From assembly GCA_945907245.1 (NCBI GenBank), contig CAMDTB010000003.1:1457-65456 (forward strand): DNA of 64,000 nt, read 5' to 3'. The notes beneath the pieces were generated by a model. It searched no databases. It was not told where the DNA came from and saw only the letters and a list, made by a program, of their open reading frames with translations. Each line of letters opens with the position of its first letter. Position 1 is the stretch's first letter. Below are positions 30,806 to 42,222 of the stretch, in pieces. The stretch is from Rhizobium sp. Q54. GTDB taxonomy: Bacteria > Pseudomonadota > Alphaproteobacteria > SMXS01. The position numbers and the translations under genes were made by a program.

Positions 30806-30983
30806 TCAGACCCACCCGTTCTGCTTCTTTTTGTGTATGTGGGGCATCCCCGCCCCTGATGTGGCAGCCGTGTTTTGGCACCATCAAAAGCAATTGTCCA
30901 GTCGGGATGCTTGCAAATCTGTGCCCTCGCGGACGCCGATGCGGCGCTTGACGCAGGTCGGCGATCCGCCCAACGTCGCCTTC

Positions 30984-31478
30984 ATGCGGATCGCCCTTTA
31001 CCAGCCTGATATCGCGCAGAATGTCGGCACGCTGCTGCGCCTCGGCGCCTGCCTCGGTGTGCCCGCCGACATCATCGAGCCGTGCGGGTTCCCCTTCGGC
31101 GAGAGAACCCTGCGGCGGTCGGGCATGGATTATCTGGATCACGCGGATTATACCGCTCATGCGAGTTGGGATGCGTTTCTGGCGGCCAGGTCCGGCCGCC
31201 TGGTGCTGCTGACGACGCGCGCGGATGTCGCCTACACCGGCTTCCGCTTCGCGCCCGGCGACGTGCTGCTGCTGGGCCGGGAGTCGGCGGGGGTGCCCGA
31301 CGACGTCCACGCGCGGGCCGATGCCCGGGTCGCCGTTCCGATGGTGCCGGGCTTGCGCTCGCTCAACGTTGCGGTGGCGGCGGCCATGGTATTGGGAGAG
31401 GCGCTGCGCCAGACTGGGGAATTTCCGGCTGGCCGCTTTCCGGCAGGCGGGTTACCGACATCAGGGGAGAACCGATGA
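30984..31478 (+). CDS. trmL: tRNA (cytidine/uridine-34 2'-O)-methyltransferase (SpoU/TrmL type)
   Basis: [22 protein letters not shown]...[11 protein letters not shown]...[22 protein letters not shown]. Confidence 0.85.
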   Translation: MRIALYQPDIAQNVGTLLRLGACLGVPADIIEPCGFPFGERTLRRSGMDYLDHADYTAHASWDAFLAARSGRLVLLTTRADVAYTGFRFAPGDVLLLGRESAGVPDDVHARADARVAVPMVPGLRSLNVAVAAAMVLGEALRQTGEFPAGRFPAGGLPTSGENR

Positions 31479-32326
31479 CGTATGTTCCTGACGAGCACAA
31501 GGTGCGGGCCCGAATGTGGTTCCACAGCCTTCGCGACCGCATCTGCTCGACCTTCGAGATGATCGAGGACGAGCTGCGCGGTCCGCTGCGCGGCATGCGG
31601 GCCGGGCGCTTCGAGCGCACCGAATGGACCCGGCCGGGCGGCGGCGGCGGCGTGATGGCGGTGATGAAGGGCCGGGTGTTCGAGAAGGTCGGCGTCAACG
31701 TGTCGACTGTAGAGGGCGAGTTCTCGCCCGACTTCGCCAAGAACATGCAGGGCGCCGAGGAGGACCCGCGTTTTTGGGCCAGCGGCATCTCGCTGGTCGC
31801 GCACATGCGCTCACCGCTGGTGCCGGCGGTCCACATGAACACCCGCCACATCATCACCACACGGGGCTGGTTCGGCGGCGGCGCCGACCTGACCCCAATG
31901 GTTCCGGATGACGAGGACACCGACCAGTTCCACGACGCGCTGAAGCAGGCCTGCGACAAGCACGACCCGGCCTACTACCCGAAGTACAAGCAATGGTGCG
32001 ACGAGTACTTCTTCCTGAAGCATCGCAACGAGCCGCGCGGCGTCGGCGGCATCTTCTACGATTCGCTCGATACCGGCGACTGGGAGGCGGACTTCGCGTT
32101 CACCCAGGACGTCGGCCGCGCCTTCCTCGACGTCTATCCGAAGATCGTCCGCCGCCACATGAACGACGAATGGACCGAGGAGCAGCGCGAGCACCAGCTC
32201 GTCCGGCGCGGCCGCTACGTGGAGTTCAACCTGATCTACGACCGGGGCACGACCTTCGGGCTGAAGACCGGCGGCAATGTGGACGCCATCCTGATGTCGC
32301 TGCCACCCGAGGTGAAGTGGCCGTAA
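31475..32326 (+). CDS. hemF: Oxygen-dependent coproporphyrinogen III oxidase
   Basis: [71 protein letters not shown] overlaps the trmL stop. Confidence 0.93.
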   Translation: MTYVPDEHKVRARMWFHSLRDRICSTFEMIEDELRGPLRGMRAGRFERTEWTRPGGGGGVMAVMKGRVFEKVGVNVSTVEGEFSPDFAKNMQGAEEDPRFWASGISLVAHMRSPLVPAVHMNTRHIITTRGWFGGGADLTPMVPDDEDTDQFHDALKQACDKHDPAYYPKYKQWCDEYFFLKHRNEPRGVGGIFYDSLDTGDWEADFAFTQDVGRAFLDVYPKIVRRHMNDEWTEEQREHQLVRRGRYVEFNLIYDRGTTFGLKTGGNVDAILMSLPPEVKWP

Positions 32327-32342
32327 TCTGGACCGCCTTGCC

Positions 32343-32807
32343 CTAGGGCGTCCTGATCGCCGCGATGTACCTGCGCCAGATGTCGTCCATGGCATAGCGC
32401 GGATTGGAATTCCATATCCGCGATACCAGCGCGTCCGCCTGCTCGGTCGTCCAGCCCAGATGCCTGATGGCGTATGAGGAAAAGAACGCCGTCACCCGGT
32501 AATTGGCGGCGCAGTGGATCAGCACCTTCCTGTCGCCGACCTGCTGCATGGCGGCACAGAAGGCGGCGAACTGCTCGGGCCGGGGATCGGTCCAGGCCAC
32601 CGGGATGTGATGGTAGATTAGGCCCAGGTCGGTCACGACGTGCTCTTCGTCGGCCAGCGCGAAGTTCTCCGCATCGCTCGGCGCCAGGTTGATGACGGCC
32701 TGGTAGCCCTCGTCGCGCGCCGCCTCCAGCTGCTCCCTCGTCGGCTGCCCGCCGGTGCCGATCCGGTCGCTGACCTGGATGAAATTGAAGATGCCTGCCG
32801 TGGCCAT
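32343..32807 (-). CDS. DUF442/PTP-fold protein (CX4R loop)
   Basis: Inner ATG MATAGIFNFIQVSDRIGTGGQPTREQLEAARDEGYQAVINL...VLIHCAANYRVTAF. Confidence 0.55.
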   Translation of the reverse strand: MATAGIFNFIQVSDRIGTGGQPTREQLEAARDEGYQAVINLAPSDAENFALADEEHVVTDLGLIYHHIPVAWTDPRPEQFAAFCAAMQQVGDRKVLIHCAANYRVTAFFSSYAIRHLGWTTEQADALVSRIWNSNPRYAMDDIWRRYIAAIRTP

Positions 32808-32833
32808 TGAACCCACCTTCCCCCGCCGAAATG

Positions 32834-34036
32834 CTAGTCGATGTCCTGTATCCGCGCCAACAGCTCGGCCCCGCTGGGCTCGAAGCCTTCCTCGACCCAT
32901 TGCCGCTCCAAGGTCCGAAGCAGCGCGCCGACCCTCTCGCCAGCCGGGATGCCTTGTCCGAGCAGATCGGCGCCCTTGAGCGGGAACCGGGGCGCGGACC
33001 ATCTTTCGGCCAGCGCGGCCAGATGCCGGCGGTCCTCGCCGTCCGCCGCCCAGGCGAGCAGCACCAGGTCGCGGAAGCGGTCCGGGCCAAGCCAGTAGAC
33101 CTGCGCCCGCGCCTCGTTGTCGGACAGGTCGGCCGGTACATCGGCCTCTCCGGCCGCCATGCACCGAAGCCGCACCTTCTCGCGGGTCGACAGCTTCCAG
33201 CGCCCGGCGAGTCCGGTGAGCACGTCGGCGCGGCGGCTGGTCAGGGAGGCGAGCCGCAGCAGCGCATCGCCCTCGCCCATATCGACCAGCCTCTCGAGGC
33301 AGCGCAGCGCGCCCGACTCGGGCAGCACCTGCCGAAGGACACCCGCCTCGGCCATGATCCGCAGCGTCGACACCGGCGAAGGAGCCTCAAGCAAGCGCAG
33401 CATTTCCGCCCGGACGCGCTCGACCGACAGCCGGTCCAGATCACCGTGCCGGTCGCGGCACGCGATCAGCCCCTGCGCGTTCATGGCGCCCTCGCCGTAC
33501 CAGGCGTGGAAGCGGAAGAACCGCAGAATGCGGAGCGCGTCTTCTTCGATGCGCCGGTAAGGGTCGCCGATGAACCGCACATGCCGCGCCTCGAGGTCAT
33601 CGACACCCTCGACCGGATCGTAGACGGTGCCGTCCGGATCGCAGTAGAGCGCGTTCATGGTGAAGTCGCGGCGCTGTGCATCCTCGGCCCAGTCGTCGGT
33701 GAACGCGACCAGCGCGCGGCGCCCGTCGGTCTCCACGTCGACCCGCAAGGTGGTGACCTCGAACGGCCGGCCGTGTGCCACCGCTGTGACCGTGCCGTGT
33801 TCGATCCCCGTCGGGATTGCCTTCAGGTTCGCGGCCTTGAGCAGCGCGACGACGGTCTCCGGCCGTTGGTCGGTGGCGATGTCGACGTCTCGGACGGCGC
33901 GGCCGGCGAGCGCGTCGCGCACGCAGCCGCCGACGAACCGGGCGGTGCCGCCCTGCGCGGCGAGCGCAGCCATGACCTCGGCCGCCCCGTCGGCGGTCAG
34001 CCAGGACTGGGTGATCACCGTGCCTGTCTTGCGCAT
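32834..34036 (-). CDS. cca: CCA tRNA nucleotidyltransferase (poly(A) polymerase family)
   Basis: RFVGGCVRDALAGR.VRDVDIAT...GIEHGTVT...RDFTMNALY. Confidence 0.88.
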   Translation of the reverse strand: MRKTGTVITQSWLTADGAAEVMAALAAQGGTARFVGGCVRDALAGRAVRDVDIATDQRPETVVALLKAANLKAIPTGIEHGTVTAVAHGRPFEVTTLRVDVETDGRRALVAFTDDWAEDAQRRDFTMNALYCDPDGTVYDPVEGVDDLEARHVRFIGDPYRRIEEDALRILRFFRFHAWYGEGAMNAQGLIACRDRHGDLDRLSVERVRAEMLRLLEAPSPVSTLRIMAEAGVLRQVLPESGALRCLERLVDMGEGDALLRLASLTSRRADVLTGLAGRWKLSTREKVRLRCMAAGEADVPADLSDNEARAQVYWLGPDRFRDLVLLAWAADGEDRRHLAALAERWSAPRFPLKGADLLGQGIPAGERVGALLRTLERQWVEEGFEPSGAELLARIQDID

Positions 34037-34665
34037 CAGCCCTTGAGCTTGTTGTACAGGTTCACCAGCATGCCAGCCGTCGCCCCCCAGATGTGATGGC
34101 CGTCATAAGGCATCACATAATAATGGCGCATGGCGCCCCGCCACTCCCGGCTTTCACGCTGATGGTTGGCCGGATCGAGGAAAAAGTCGAGCGGCACCTC
34201 GAAGACGAGCGCGACCTCGTCTGCCTGCAGGGTCAGGGTGAAGCCCGGCCGGACCAGCCCGACGATGGGGGTAATGGAAAAACCGGTCCCGGTTTCATAG
34301 GTGTCCAGCGCGCCGACCACATCGATGAATGACCGGTCGAGGCCGACCTCCTCCCAGGTCTCGCGCAGCGCCGTATCGACCGGTCCGGTGTCGGAGTCGT
34401 CGACCCGGCCGCCAGGGAACGCCACCTGGCCCGCATGGCTGCTCAGATGATCGGTGCGCTGGGTGAGCAGCACCGTCGCGCCGTGCGGGCGGTCGATGAC
34501 CGGCACCAGCACGGCGGCCTGGCGCAGCACCCGGTCCGGCGGCAGGCCCGCGCGGATATGGGGAGTCAGATCGTAATCGCTGGCCGGCGCATGGAGGACG
34601 GATGCGCTCCAGCCAGCCATGCCGGGAACATCGAGAAGCCGGCCGTGAAACAGCTCCCGCAGCAT
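34036..34665 (-). CDS. CoA pyrophosphatase (Nudix hydrolase, NudL type)
   Basis: Nudix box GQVAFPGGRVDDSDTGPVDTALRETWEEVGL. Inner ATG MLRELFHG. Confidence 0.8.
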   Translation of the reverse strand: MLRELFHGRLLDVPGMAGWSASVLHAPASDYDLTPHIRAGLPPDRVLRQAAVLVPVIDRPHGATVLLTQRTDHLSSHAGQVAFPGGRVDDSDTGPVDTALRETWEEVGLDRSFIDVVGALDTYETGTGFSITPIVGLVRPGFTLTLQADEVALVFEVPLDFFLDPANHQRESREWRGAMRHYYVMPYDGHHIWGATAGMLVNLYNKLKG

Positions 34666-34667
34666 GC

Positions 34668-35252
34668 TCAGGTGGGCGCGTCCAGGCTGCCGATGACGAA
34701 GAAGCGGCCGCGGCTGACGATGCCGAGCACGGTCCTGCCGTCCATCACCCGCTCCTCGCCGGCATCGACGAGTTGGTAGAACACCGGGCGGGCGATCAGC
34801 GCCCACAGATTCTTGCGTACCAGCACGTAGGGGGACGGCTCGGCGGTCTCCGGGTCGATCTCGACCCGGATCGGATTATCGGGTCCCGCGATCACCTCGT
34901 CGTCCACATTGGTGCGGAAGACGATGCCCTGGTCCGGGCCGGGTTCGTGAATGTCGGCCTCGACGGCGACGAACGGTGCGTCATCGACCTTGATGCCCAG
35001 TTTCTCGACCGGCGTGACCAGGAAATACTGGTCGTCGTCGCGGCGGATGACGGTGGAGAACAGCTTGACCATCCGCTTTCGGCCGATCGGCGAGCCCATG
35101 TAGTACCAGGTGCCGTCGCGGGCGATACGCATGTCGATGTCGCCGCAGAAGTCCGGGTTCCACTTGTCGACCGGCGGCAGCTTCTTGTCCTGAAGCCGTG
35201 CCATGATCTCCGCCAGGTTACGCATCGGTTCTCCGGTTTCCGCGTCGGTCAC
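34668..35252 (-). CDS. DUF1285 domain-containing protein
   Basis: KWNPDFCGDIDMRIARDGTWYYMGSPIGRKRMVKLFSTVIRRD... is the conserved pattern of this family. GTG start overlaps the GNAT stop. Confidence 0.7.
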   Translation of the reverse strand: MTDAETGEPMRNLAEIMARLQDKKLPPVDKWNPDFCGDIDMRIARDGTWYYMGSPIGRKRMVKLFSTVIRRDDDQYFLVTPVEKLGIKVDDAPFVAVEADIHEPGPDQGIVFRTNVDDEVIAGPDNPIRVEIDPETAEPSPYVLVRKNLWALIARPVFYQLVDAGEERVMDGRTVLGIVSRGRFFVIGSLDAPT

Positions 35253-35809
35253 GGCGCCGCCTCCCGGTGGCCGGCAATCTCGTCGGGCTCGGCGCCGGCG
35301 TCGGCCGGCTTCTCAATGAGGCCTTCCAGGCCGGCTGCCGCGCCGTCGACCAGTTCCCGGATCAGCACCCGGTTGGGATCGACCGGACCGGGCAGGCGCA
35401 GCCCCTCCGCGCCTTCGCGGTGGAAACCGACACGGCTGTAATAGGGTAGGTCGCCGACCAGGATGACGATCCTGTAGCCAAGCTGCCTGGCCCGCTGGAG
35501 GCCGACGCGCATCAGGCCCATGCCGATGCCGCGGCCGGCATAGGCCGGCTCGACAGCCAGCGGCCCCAGCAGGATCGCGGGCACCGGCTCGCCATCCGTC
35601 CGCAGCGGGCGCACCTGGATGGACCAGAATTGCAGGCTACCGCGCAGCGCCTTGTTGTCGAACGCGACGAAGCCCAGTTCCTGCACCGGTGCAACGCCCT
35701 CGCGCAGGCGATAGACGGTCTTCTTCTGCCGGTCGGGGCCGAACGATCTGTCGAGCAGGGCCTCGACGGCGGCCGGATCGGCCTCGCGGTAGGGTCGGAT
35801 ACTGATCAT
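35249..35809 (-). CDS. GNAT family N-acetyltransferase
   Basis: LGPLAVEPAYAGRGIGMGLMRVGLQRARQLGY is the acetyl-CoA binding motif A. Inner ATG MISIRPY. Confidence 0.8.
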   Translation of the reverse strand: MISIRPYREADPAAVEALLDRSFGPDRQKKTVYRLREGVAPVQELGFVAFDNKALRGSLQFWSIQVRPLRTDGEPVPAILLGPLAVEPAYAGRGIGMGLMRVGLQRARQLGYRIVILVGDLPYYSRVGFHREGAEGLRLPGPVDPNRVLIRELVDGAAAGLEGLIEKPADAGAEPDEIAGHREAAP

Positions 35810-35926
35810 GAGCCGGCAATATACAGGAAATCGGCGCAAGCCCAAGGAATCGACATCGGCGGGCAACAAAGAAAAGCGGCCCGCCCTTTCGGGCGGACCG
35901 CTCCAACCTTGGGGAGGTTTGAAGGC

Positions 35927-37345
35927 TTACCAGTCGACCTGGAACCGCGCGACGAAGCTGTCGACGCTGTTCTTGCCGTCCGGGAACGTGTCGCCCAGGT
36001 TGTCGAACGCCTTGTCCACGTCCGAATGGGCATAGTTGAGCTTGATCACCGTGTGCCGGTTCAGGAACCAGTTCACGCCGAACACGTAGGTCAGCTGCTC
36101 GCCGCCGCAGATACCGGAGGCCGCCGTGACGCAGGCGCCACCGCCGAAGGTATTGTTCAGGTCGACGAAGTCGACACGCGCCACCAGCGCGATAGCGCCC
36201 CAGCCGCCTTCGAACACCGGCTTGTTGACCTTCTTCGGACGGTCGAACGTGCCTTCGTCGTAGCCACGCTGCTCGCCGGTGATGAACCAGCCGATGCCGA
36301 AGTAGCCACCCTGGAAGGTTGCGCTTGTACCCGCCTGTCCAGTGATGTCCTTGACCTTCAACCAGCCCCATTCCGAGTTAGCCCAGAACGGACCCATGAT
36401 GCCGGCCAGTTCGACGCCGAAGAACAGATCGCTTCCGGCGTTCAGGTTGTTGGTGTCGACGTAGCGGATGCCCGAGATGTGGGCATGCGGGCGCTGCCGG
36501 TACCGGACAGAGCGGTTATTGAAGTTGTTGTCGTAGTCGCGATAGAGCACCGAGGCACCGACATGCAGGATGCCGTCATTGCCGATCTTGGGGAACGCCA
36601 CCGCTCGCGCGCTCAACGCGTAGCCTTCGTCGTTGAAGTCGGCGTCGGGCTCGTCGAGCTCGGAGCCGAAGCCGCCAACGTCGACTCGGAACCAGTCGCC
36701 CACATAGCCGGCCTGGATGCCGACGCGGCGATTGAAGTTGAAGGCATCCGTGAAGCCGCCACGCTCGACCAGGTCGATATGACGCGAACTGGTCAGCTCT
36801 TCCATCGAGTTGGTGGTCTTGGCATGACCGACCTGAACATAGAAGGGATCCCAGCCGGCATACTCAAGATAGGCATCGGTGATGTCCACCGTGTTCTCGG
36901 CGAAGTCGATCTCCATCTTGTACTTGAAGTCCTTCCACGCCTTGCCCTCGATGCCCAGGCGCAGCGCGCGGAACTCGGTACCATTGCGCTTCTGCTTGTC
37001 GGCGCTGTCGGAGACGTGCCCGAAATCGACGAGCATGCGGCCACGGACATGCATCTCGAACTTGCCGTCGCCGCTCTGGATGGTCGGGCTCGGGCCCCAC
37101 TTCCACTTCACATCGCCGCTTTCCATCTTCTTCTTGGTGTCGGCGGCGGCGAGAACGGCCTGCTCGCCCTTCATGTTCGCCTCTTCGACCTGACCCTTCA
37201 GGTCCTCGACGGTGGCGCTCAGCTGCTGGATCATGCGGAGCAGCTGCTCGTTCGACTGGGCCTGCGCGGTGCCGGCGAACATGGTGGCGCCAGCCGCCAC
37301 GAGTCCCGCCGCCAAAAGCCCCTTCGCGCTCTTCCGGGGTTGCAT
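35927..37345 (-). CDS. OprO/OprP-like phosphate-selective-type porin
   Basis: Signal peptide ...ATMFAGTAQA, an N-terminal coiled-coil segment, a long beta-barrel and a terminal ...FVARFQVDW. AGGGAGA lies before ATG 37343-37345. Confidence 0.75.
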   Translation of the reverse strand: MQPRKSAKGLLAAGLVAAGATMFAGTAQAQSNEQLLRMIQQLSATVEDLKGQVEEANMKGEQAVLAAADTKKKMESGDVKWKWGPSPTIQSGDGKFEMHVRGRMLVDFGHVSDSADKQKRNGTEFRALRLGIEGKAWKDFKYKMEIDFAENTVDITDAYLEYAGWDPFYVQVGHAKTTNSMEELTSSRHIDLVERGGFTDAFNFNRRVGIQAGYVGDWFRVDVGGFGSELDEPDADFNDEGYALSARAVAFPKIGNDGILHVGASVLYRDYDNNFNNRSVRYRQRPHAHISGIRYVDTNNLNAGSDLFFGVELAGIMGPFWANSEWGWLKVKDITGQAGTSATFQGGYFGIGWFITGEQRGYDEGTFDRPKKVNKPVFEGGWGAIALVARVDFVDLNNTFGGGACVTAASGICGGEQLTYVFGVNWFLNRHTVIKLNYAHSDVDKAFDNLGDTFPDGKNSVDSFVARFQVDW

Positions 37346-37586
37346 CGTTGGTGTTCTCCCTTCGAGGAATGTTGCGTGCGGATCGCGAGGCGAGGACTCC
37401 CCCAAGCATTGGCGTCCGCAGTCGTTAGCATTGCCTCTGTAACGGCCGGCCATTACCGCTGCGTGAACTTGATATGACGGTTTGGTGACAAGCAGCCCCG
37501 GTGTTGCCGCAGCGCAACACTACGTGTTTGCACACGCAGCATCGCCCGCGACATTCCGCAGATCGCGTCGATTCAAGGGAGAACGC

Positions 37587-39197
<1,611 letters not shown>

Positions 39198-39313
39198 GAT
39201 TTCAGTCTTTCTTGTCCCCGTGTGCCGGAGCCCTGCGGGCTACCTTGGCACGGGCGGCAGGTTACACCACCGCCCAGTCTTCGTTCACCCAGAAGGGTTG
39301 TTGGACCAGAAAT

Positions 39314-40744
39314 TTACCCCCGCCGCCAAGTGGTCCCCTTCGGGCCATCCTCAAGGATAACGCCCTGCGCGGCAAGGGTGACCCTAATTCGGTCGGCCTC
39401 GGCGAAGTCCTTGGCCTGACGCGCGGCAATGCGCTCGGAGATCAATTGTTCGATTTCGGCTTCAGTTAGAATGCTCACGGAGCCGACACTTGCAGCCATG
39501 CCCAAGCCTTGCAGCTGGACCACTACGTCGCGGCGCCGCTTCAGCCAGTCGTCCGGATCGCTGCCGAACAGGCCGAGCGCCTGGCCGCCGGCCAGCAGCA
39601 GCGCCTTGTACTTGCCGCGCGTCGGGTCGTTCTTGGCCTTGTTGGCGCGGGTGGCGAGCTCGTGCAGCGCGGCGAGCGCCAGCGGTGTGTTCAGGTCGTC
39701 GAGCAGCGGCTCGAGCACGCTCTCTGGCACATCGGCCTCGTCGGTCTCGATGTCCTCGAATGCCTTGAGGGTGCGGTACAGCCGGTCAAGGCTCTCGCGC
39801 GCCTGCTGCATGCCCGTCTTCGTCCAGTCGATGGGCTGGCGGTAATGGGTCGCCAGCATGGTGTAGCGCAGCACCTCGCCCGGCCAGTCGGCCAGCAGGT
39901 CGCGCACGGTGAAGAAGTTGCCCAGCGACTTGGACATCTTCTCGCCTTCGACCATCAGGAAGCCGTTGTGCATCCAGTAACGCGCGTGCGGCTCGCCCGA
40001 ATGGGCGCAGGCGCTCTGCGCCACCTCGTTCTCGTGATGCGGAAAGATCAGGTCGATACCGCCGCCATGAATGTCGAACACATCGCCGAGATGCACCTCG
40101 CTCATGGCCGAGCATTCGATATGCCAGCCCGGACGGCCGCGTCCCCACGGACTGTCCCAGCCCAGCAGATCCGGCGTCGACGGCTTCCAAAGCACGAAAT
40201 CGGCCGGGTCCTTCTTGTACGGCGCGACCTCGACGCGGGCGCCGGCGATCATCTCGTCCATGGACCGGCCCGACAGCTGGCCGTAGGTCGGGTCGCTGGA
40301 CACGGAGAACAGCACATGGCCGTCCGCCTCGTAGGCGTGGCCGCGTTCGATCAGCGTCCGGGTCATCGCGATCATCTGCTCGATGTGCTCGGTCGCCCGC
40401 GGCTCGATGGTCGGCCGCAGCGCGCCCAGCGCGTCCATGTCCTCGTGGTAGGCGGCGACGGTGCGCTCGGTGATGGTGCGGATGTCCTCGCCGGATTCCG
40501 CGGCGCGCGCGTTGATCTTGTCGTCGACGTCGGTGATGTTGCGGACATAGGTCACCGCGTCGGCGCCATAGAGGTCGCGCAGCACCCGGAACAGCACGTC
40601 GAACACCACGACGGGCCGCGCATTGCCGATATGGGCGAAGTCATAGACCGTCGGGCCGCAGACATAGAGCCGCACATTGCTCTCGTCGATCGGCTCGAAG
40701 CGCTGCTTTTCCCGCGTAAGGGAATTGTAGATCGTCAGGTCCAT
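39314..40744 (-). CDS. cysS: Cysteine--tRNA ligase
   Basis: [17 protein letters not shown] (HIGH), [16 protein letters not shown]. Confidence 0.95.
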   Translation of the reverse strand: MDLTIYNSLTREKQRFEPIDESNVRLYVCGPTVYDFAHIGNARPVVVFDVLFRVLRDLYGADAVTYVRNITDVDDKINARAAESGEDIRTITERTVAAYHEDMDALGALRPTIEPRATEHIEQMIAMTRTLIERGHAYEADGHVLFSVSSDPTYGQLSGRSMDEMIAGARVEVAPYKKDPADFVLWKPSTPDLLGWDSPWGRGRPGWHIECSAMSEVHLGDVFDIHGGGIDLIFPHHENEVAQSACAHSGEPHARYWMHNGFLMVEGEKMSKSLGNFFTVRDLLADWPGEVLRYTMLATHYRQPIDWTKTGMQQARESLDRLYRTLKAFEDIETDEADVPESVLEPLLDDLNTPLALAALHELATRANKAKNDPTRGKYKALLLAGGQALGLFGSDPDDWLKRRRDVVVQLQGLGMAASVGSVSILTEAEIEQLISERIAARQAKDFAEADRIRVTLAAQGVILEDGPKGTTWRRG

Positions 40745-40829
40745 GGTTTCCGCCGGTGTCGGGAGGTGGGGCTATAGCGCAAGGGGCCGGTGGCGGCAAG
40801 TAATGGGTGTTTCAAAACAAATATAACCT

Positions 40830-40898
40830 TGTCATCCCGGCGAAAGCCGGGACCCAGTCGGGCCGCTGATCTGGGTCCCGGCCTTCGCCGGGATGACA
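40830..40898. repeat. REP-like palindromic element, type A
   Basis: TGTCATCCCGGCGAAAGCCGGGACCCAG (40830-57) faces its near-perfect inverted copy (40871-98). Each arm is itself a CCCGGC-GAAA-GCCGGG hairpin. A second copy lies at 43975-44043. Confidence 0.8.
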
Positions 40899-40902
40899 AT
40901 AA

Positions 40903-42222
40903 TTATTGAGTGAGCAACCGCTCTCTTACCCGCTTCGGACCGATCAGCGGCAGCAGCAACTTCATTTCCGGGCCCTGCTCGCGGCCGGTCAGCGCAAGGC
41001 GCAGCGGGTGGAACAACTCGCGGCCCTTGCGGCCCGTGGCGGTCTTGATCGCGCCGGTCCACTCGCCCCAGGCGGATTCGTCCCATGGCAATGGCGGCAG
41101 CAACTCCGCACACTGCCGGAGAAAATCTCCGTCCTCGATCACTGGCTGCATGGGACCTTCGACCACCTTCAGCCAGTCGAGCGCATCCGAAACCCTGGTC
41201 AGGTTGGCACGAACCGCATCCCACAACGCCTCGCTGACGCCGGGCAGGCACGCGGCGACGTTGGAATAATGCAGCTGGTGAACGATACGGGCGTTCAGCA
41301 CCTCCAGCTCGTGCGGATCGAACCGCGCGGCCGACCGGCCGAATTTCCCGACGTCGAAGCTGTAGACCAGCGGCGCCAGGTCGGTGAACGGCTCGACGGG
41401 ATCGGACGTGCCGATCCGCCCCAGCAGGCTGTTGATCGCCATGGGCTCCAGCCCCTGCGCCCGCAGGTCGCGGATGGCGAGCGAGCCGGCGCGCTTCGAC
41501 AGGCCTTCGCCGCCCGCCCCCGTCAGCAGCGCGAAATGGGCGAACTGCGGCGGCGTGCCGCCCAGCGCCTCGAACAGCTCGATCTGCACGGCGGTGTTGG
41601 TGACGTGGTCCTCGCCCCGGAACACGTGGGTAACGTGGTGGTCCAGGTCGTCGACGCAGGACGGCAGGGTATAGAGCAGGCTGCCATCCTCGCGCACCAG
41701 CACCGGATCGGACAGGGTCGCGGTGTCGAACGTCACCTCGCCGCGCACGCCGTCCTGCCAGGTGACCGGCTGCTGGTTGAGCCGGAAGCGCCAGTGCGGC
41801 TTGCGGCCTTCCGACTCGAAAGCGTCCTTCTGTTCCTGGGTCAGCGCCAGCGCGCCGCGCTCGTAGACCGGCGGCTTGCCGCGCGACAGCAGCACCTTGC
41901 GGCGCAGTTCCAGCTCCCGCGGCGTGTCCCAGCAGGGATAGAGCCTCCCGGATGCCTTCAGCCGCGCGACGGCGACGTCATACGCCTCCTGCCGGTGCGA
42001 CTGGTGCGACGACGTGTTCCACTTCAGGCCCAGCCAGCGTAAATCCTCCTCGATGGCGTCGGCGAACGCTTCCGTCGACCGCTCCGGGTCGGTGTCGTCG
42101 AAGCGCAGCATGAAGATGCCACCCTGCTGGCGCGCATAAAGGAAGTTGACCAGCGCGGTCCGGACGTTGCCCACATGCAGGTAGCCGGTTGGACTGGGCG
42201 CGAAGCGCAGCCGCACGCTCAT
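40903..42222 (-). CDS. gltX: Glutamate--tRNA ligase
   Basis: RFAPSPTGYLHVGNVRTAL (HIGH-type), LSKR (KMSKS-type), 439 aa. Confidence 0.9.
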   Translation of the reverse strand: MSVRLRFAPSPTGYLHVGNVRTALVNFLYARQQGGIFMLRFDDTDPERSTEAFADAIEEDLRWLGLKWNTSSHQSHRQEAYDVAVARLKASGRLYPCWDTPRELELRRKVLLSRGKPPVYERGALALTQEQKDAFESEGRKPHWRFRLNQQPVTWQDGVRGEVTFDTATLSDPVLVREDGSLLYTLPSCVDDLDHHVTHVFRGEDHVTNTAVQIELFEALGGTPPQFAHFALLTGAGGEGLSKRAGSLAIRDLRAQGLEPMAINSLLGRIGTSDPVEPFTDLAPLVYSFDVGKFGRSAARFDPHELEVLNARIVHQLHYSNVAACLPGVSEALWDAVRANLTRVSDALDWLKVVEGPMQPVIEDGDFLRQCAELLPPLPWDESAWGEWTGAIKTATGRKGRELFHPLRLALTGREQGPEMKLLLPLIGPKRVRERLLTQ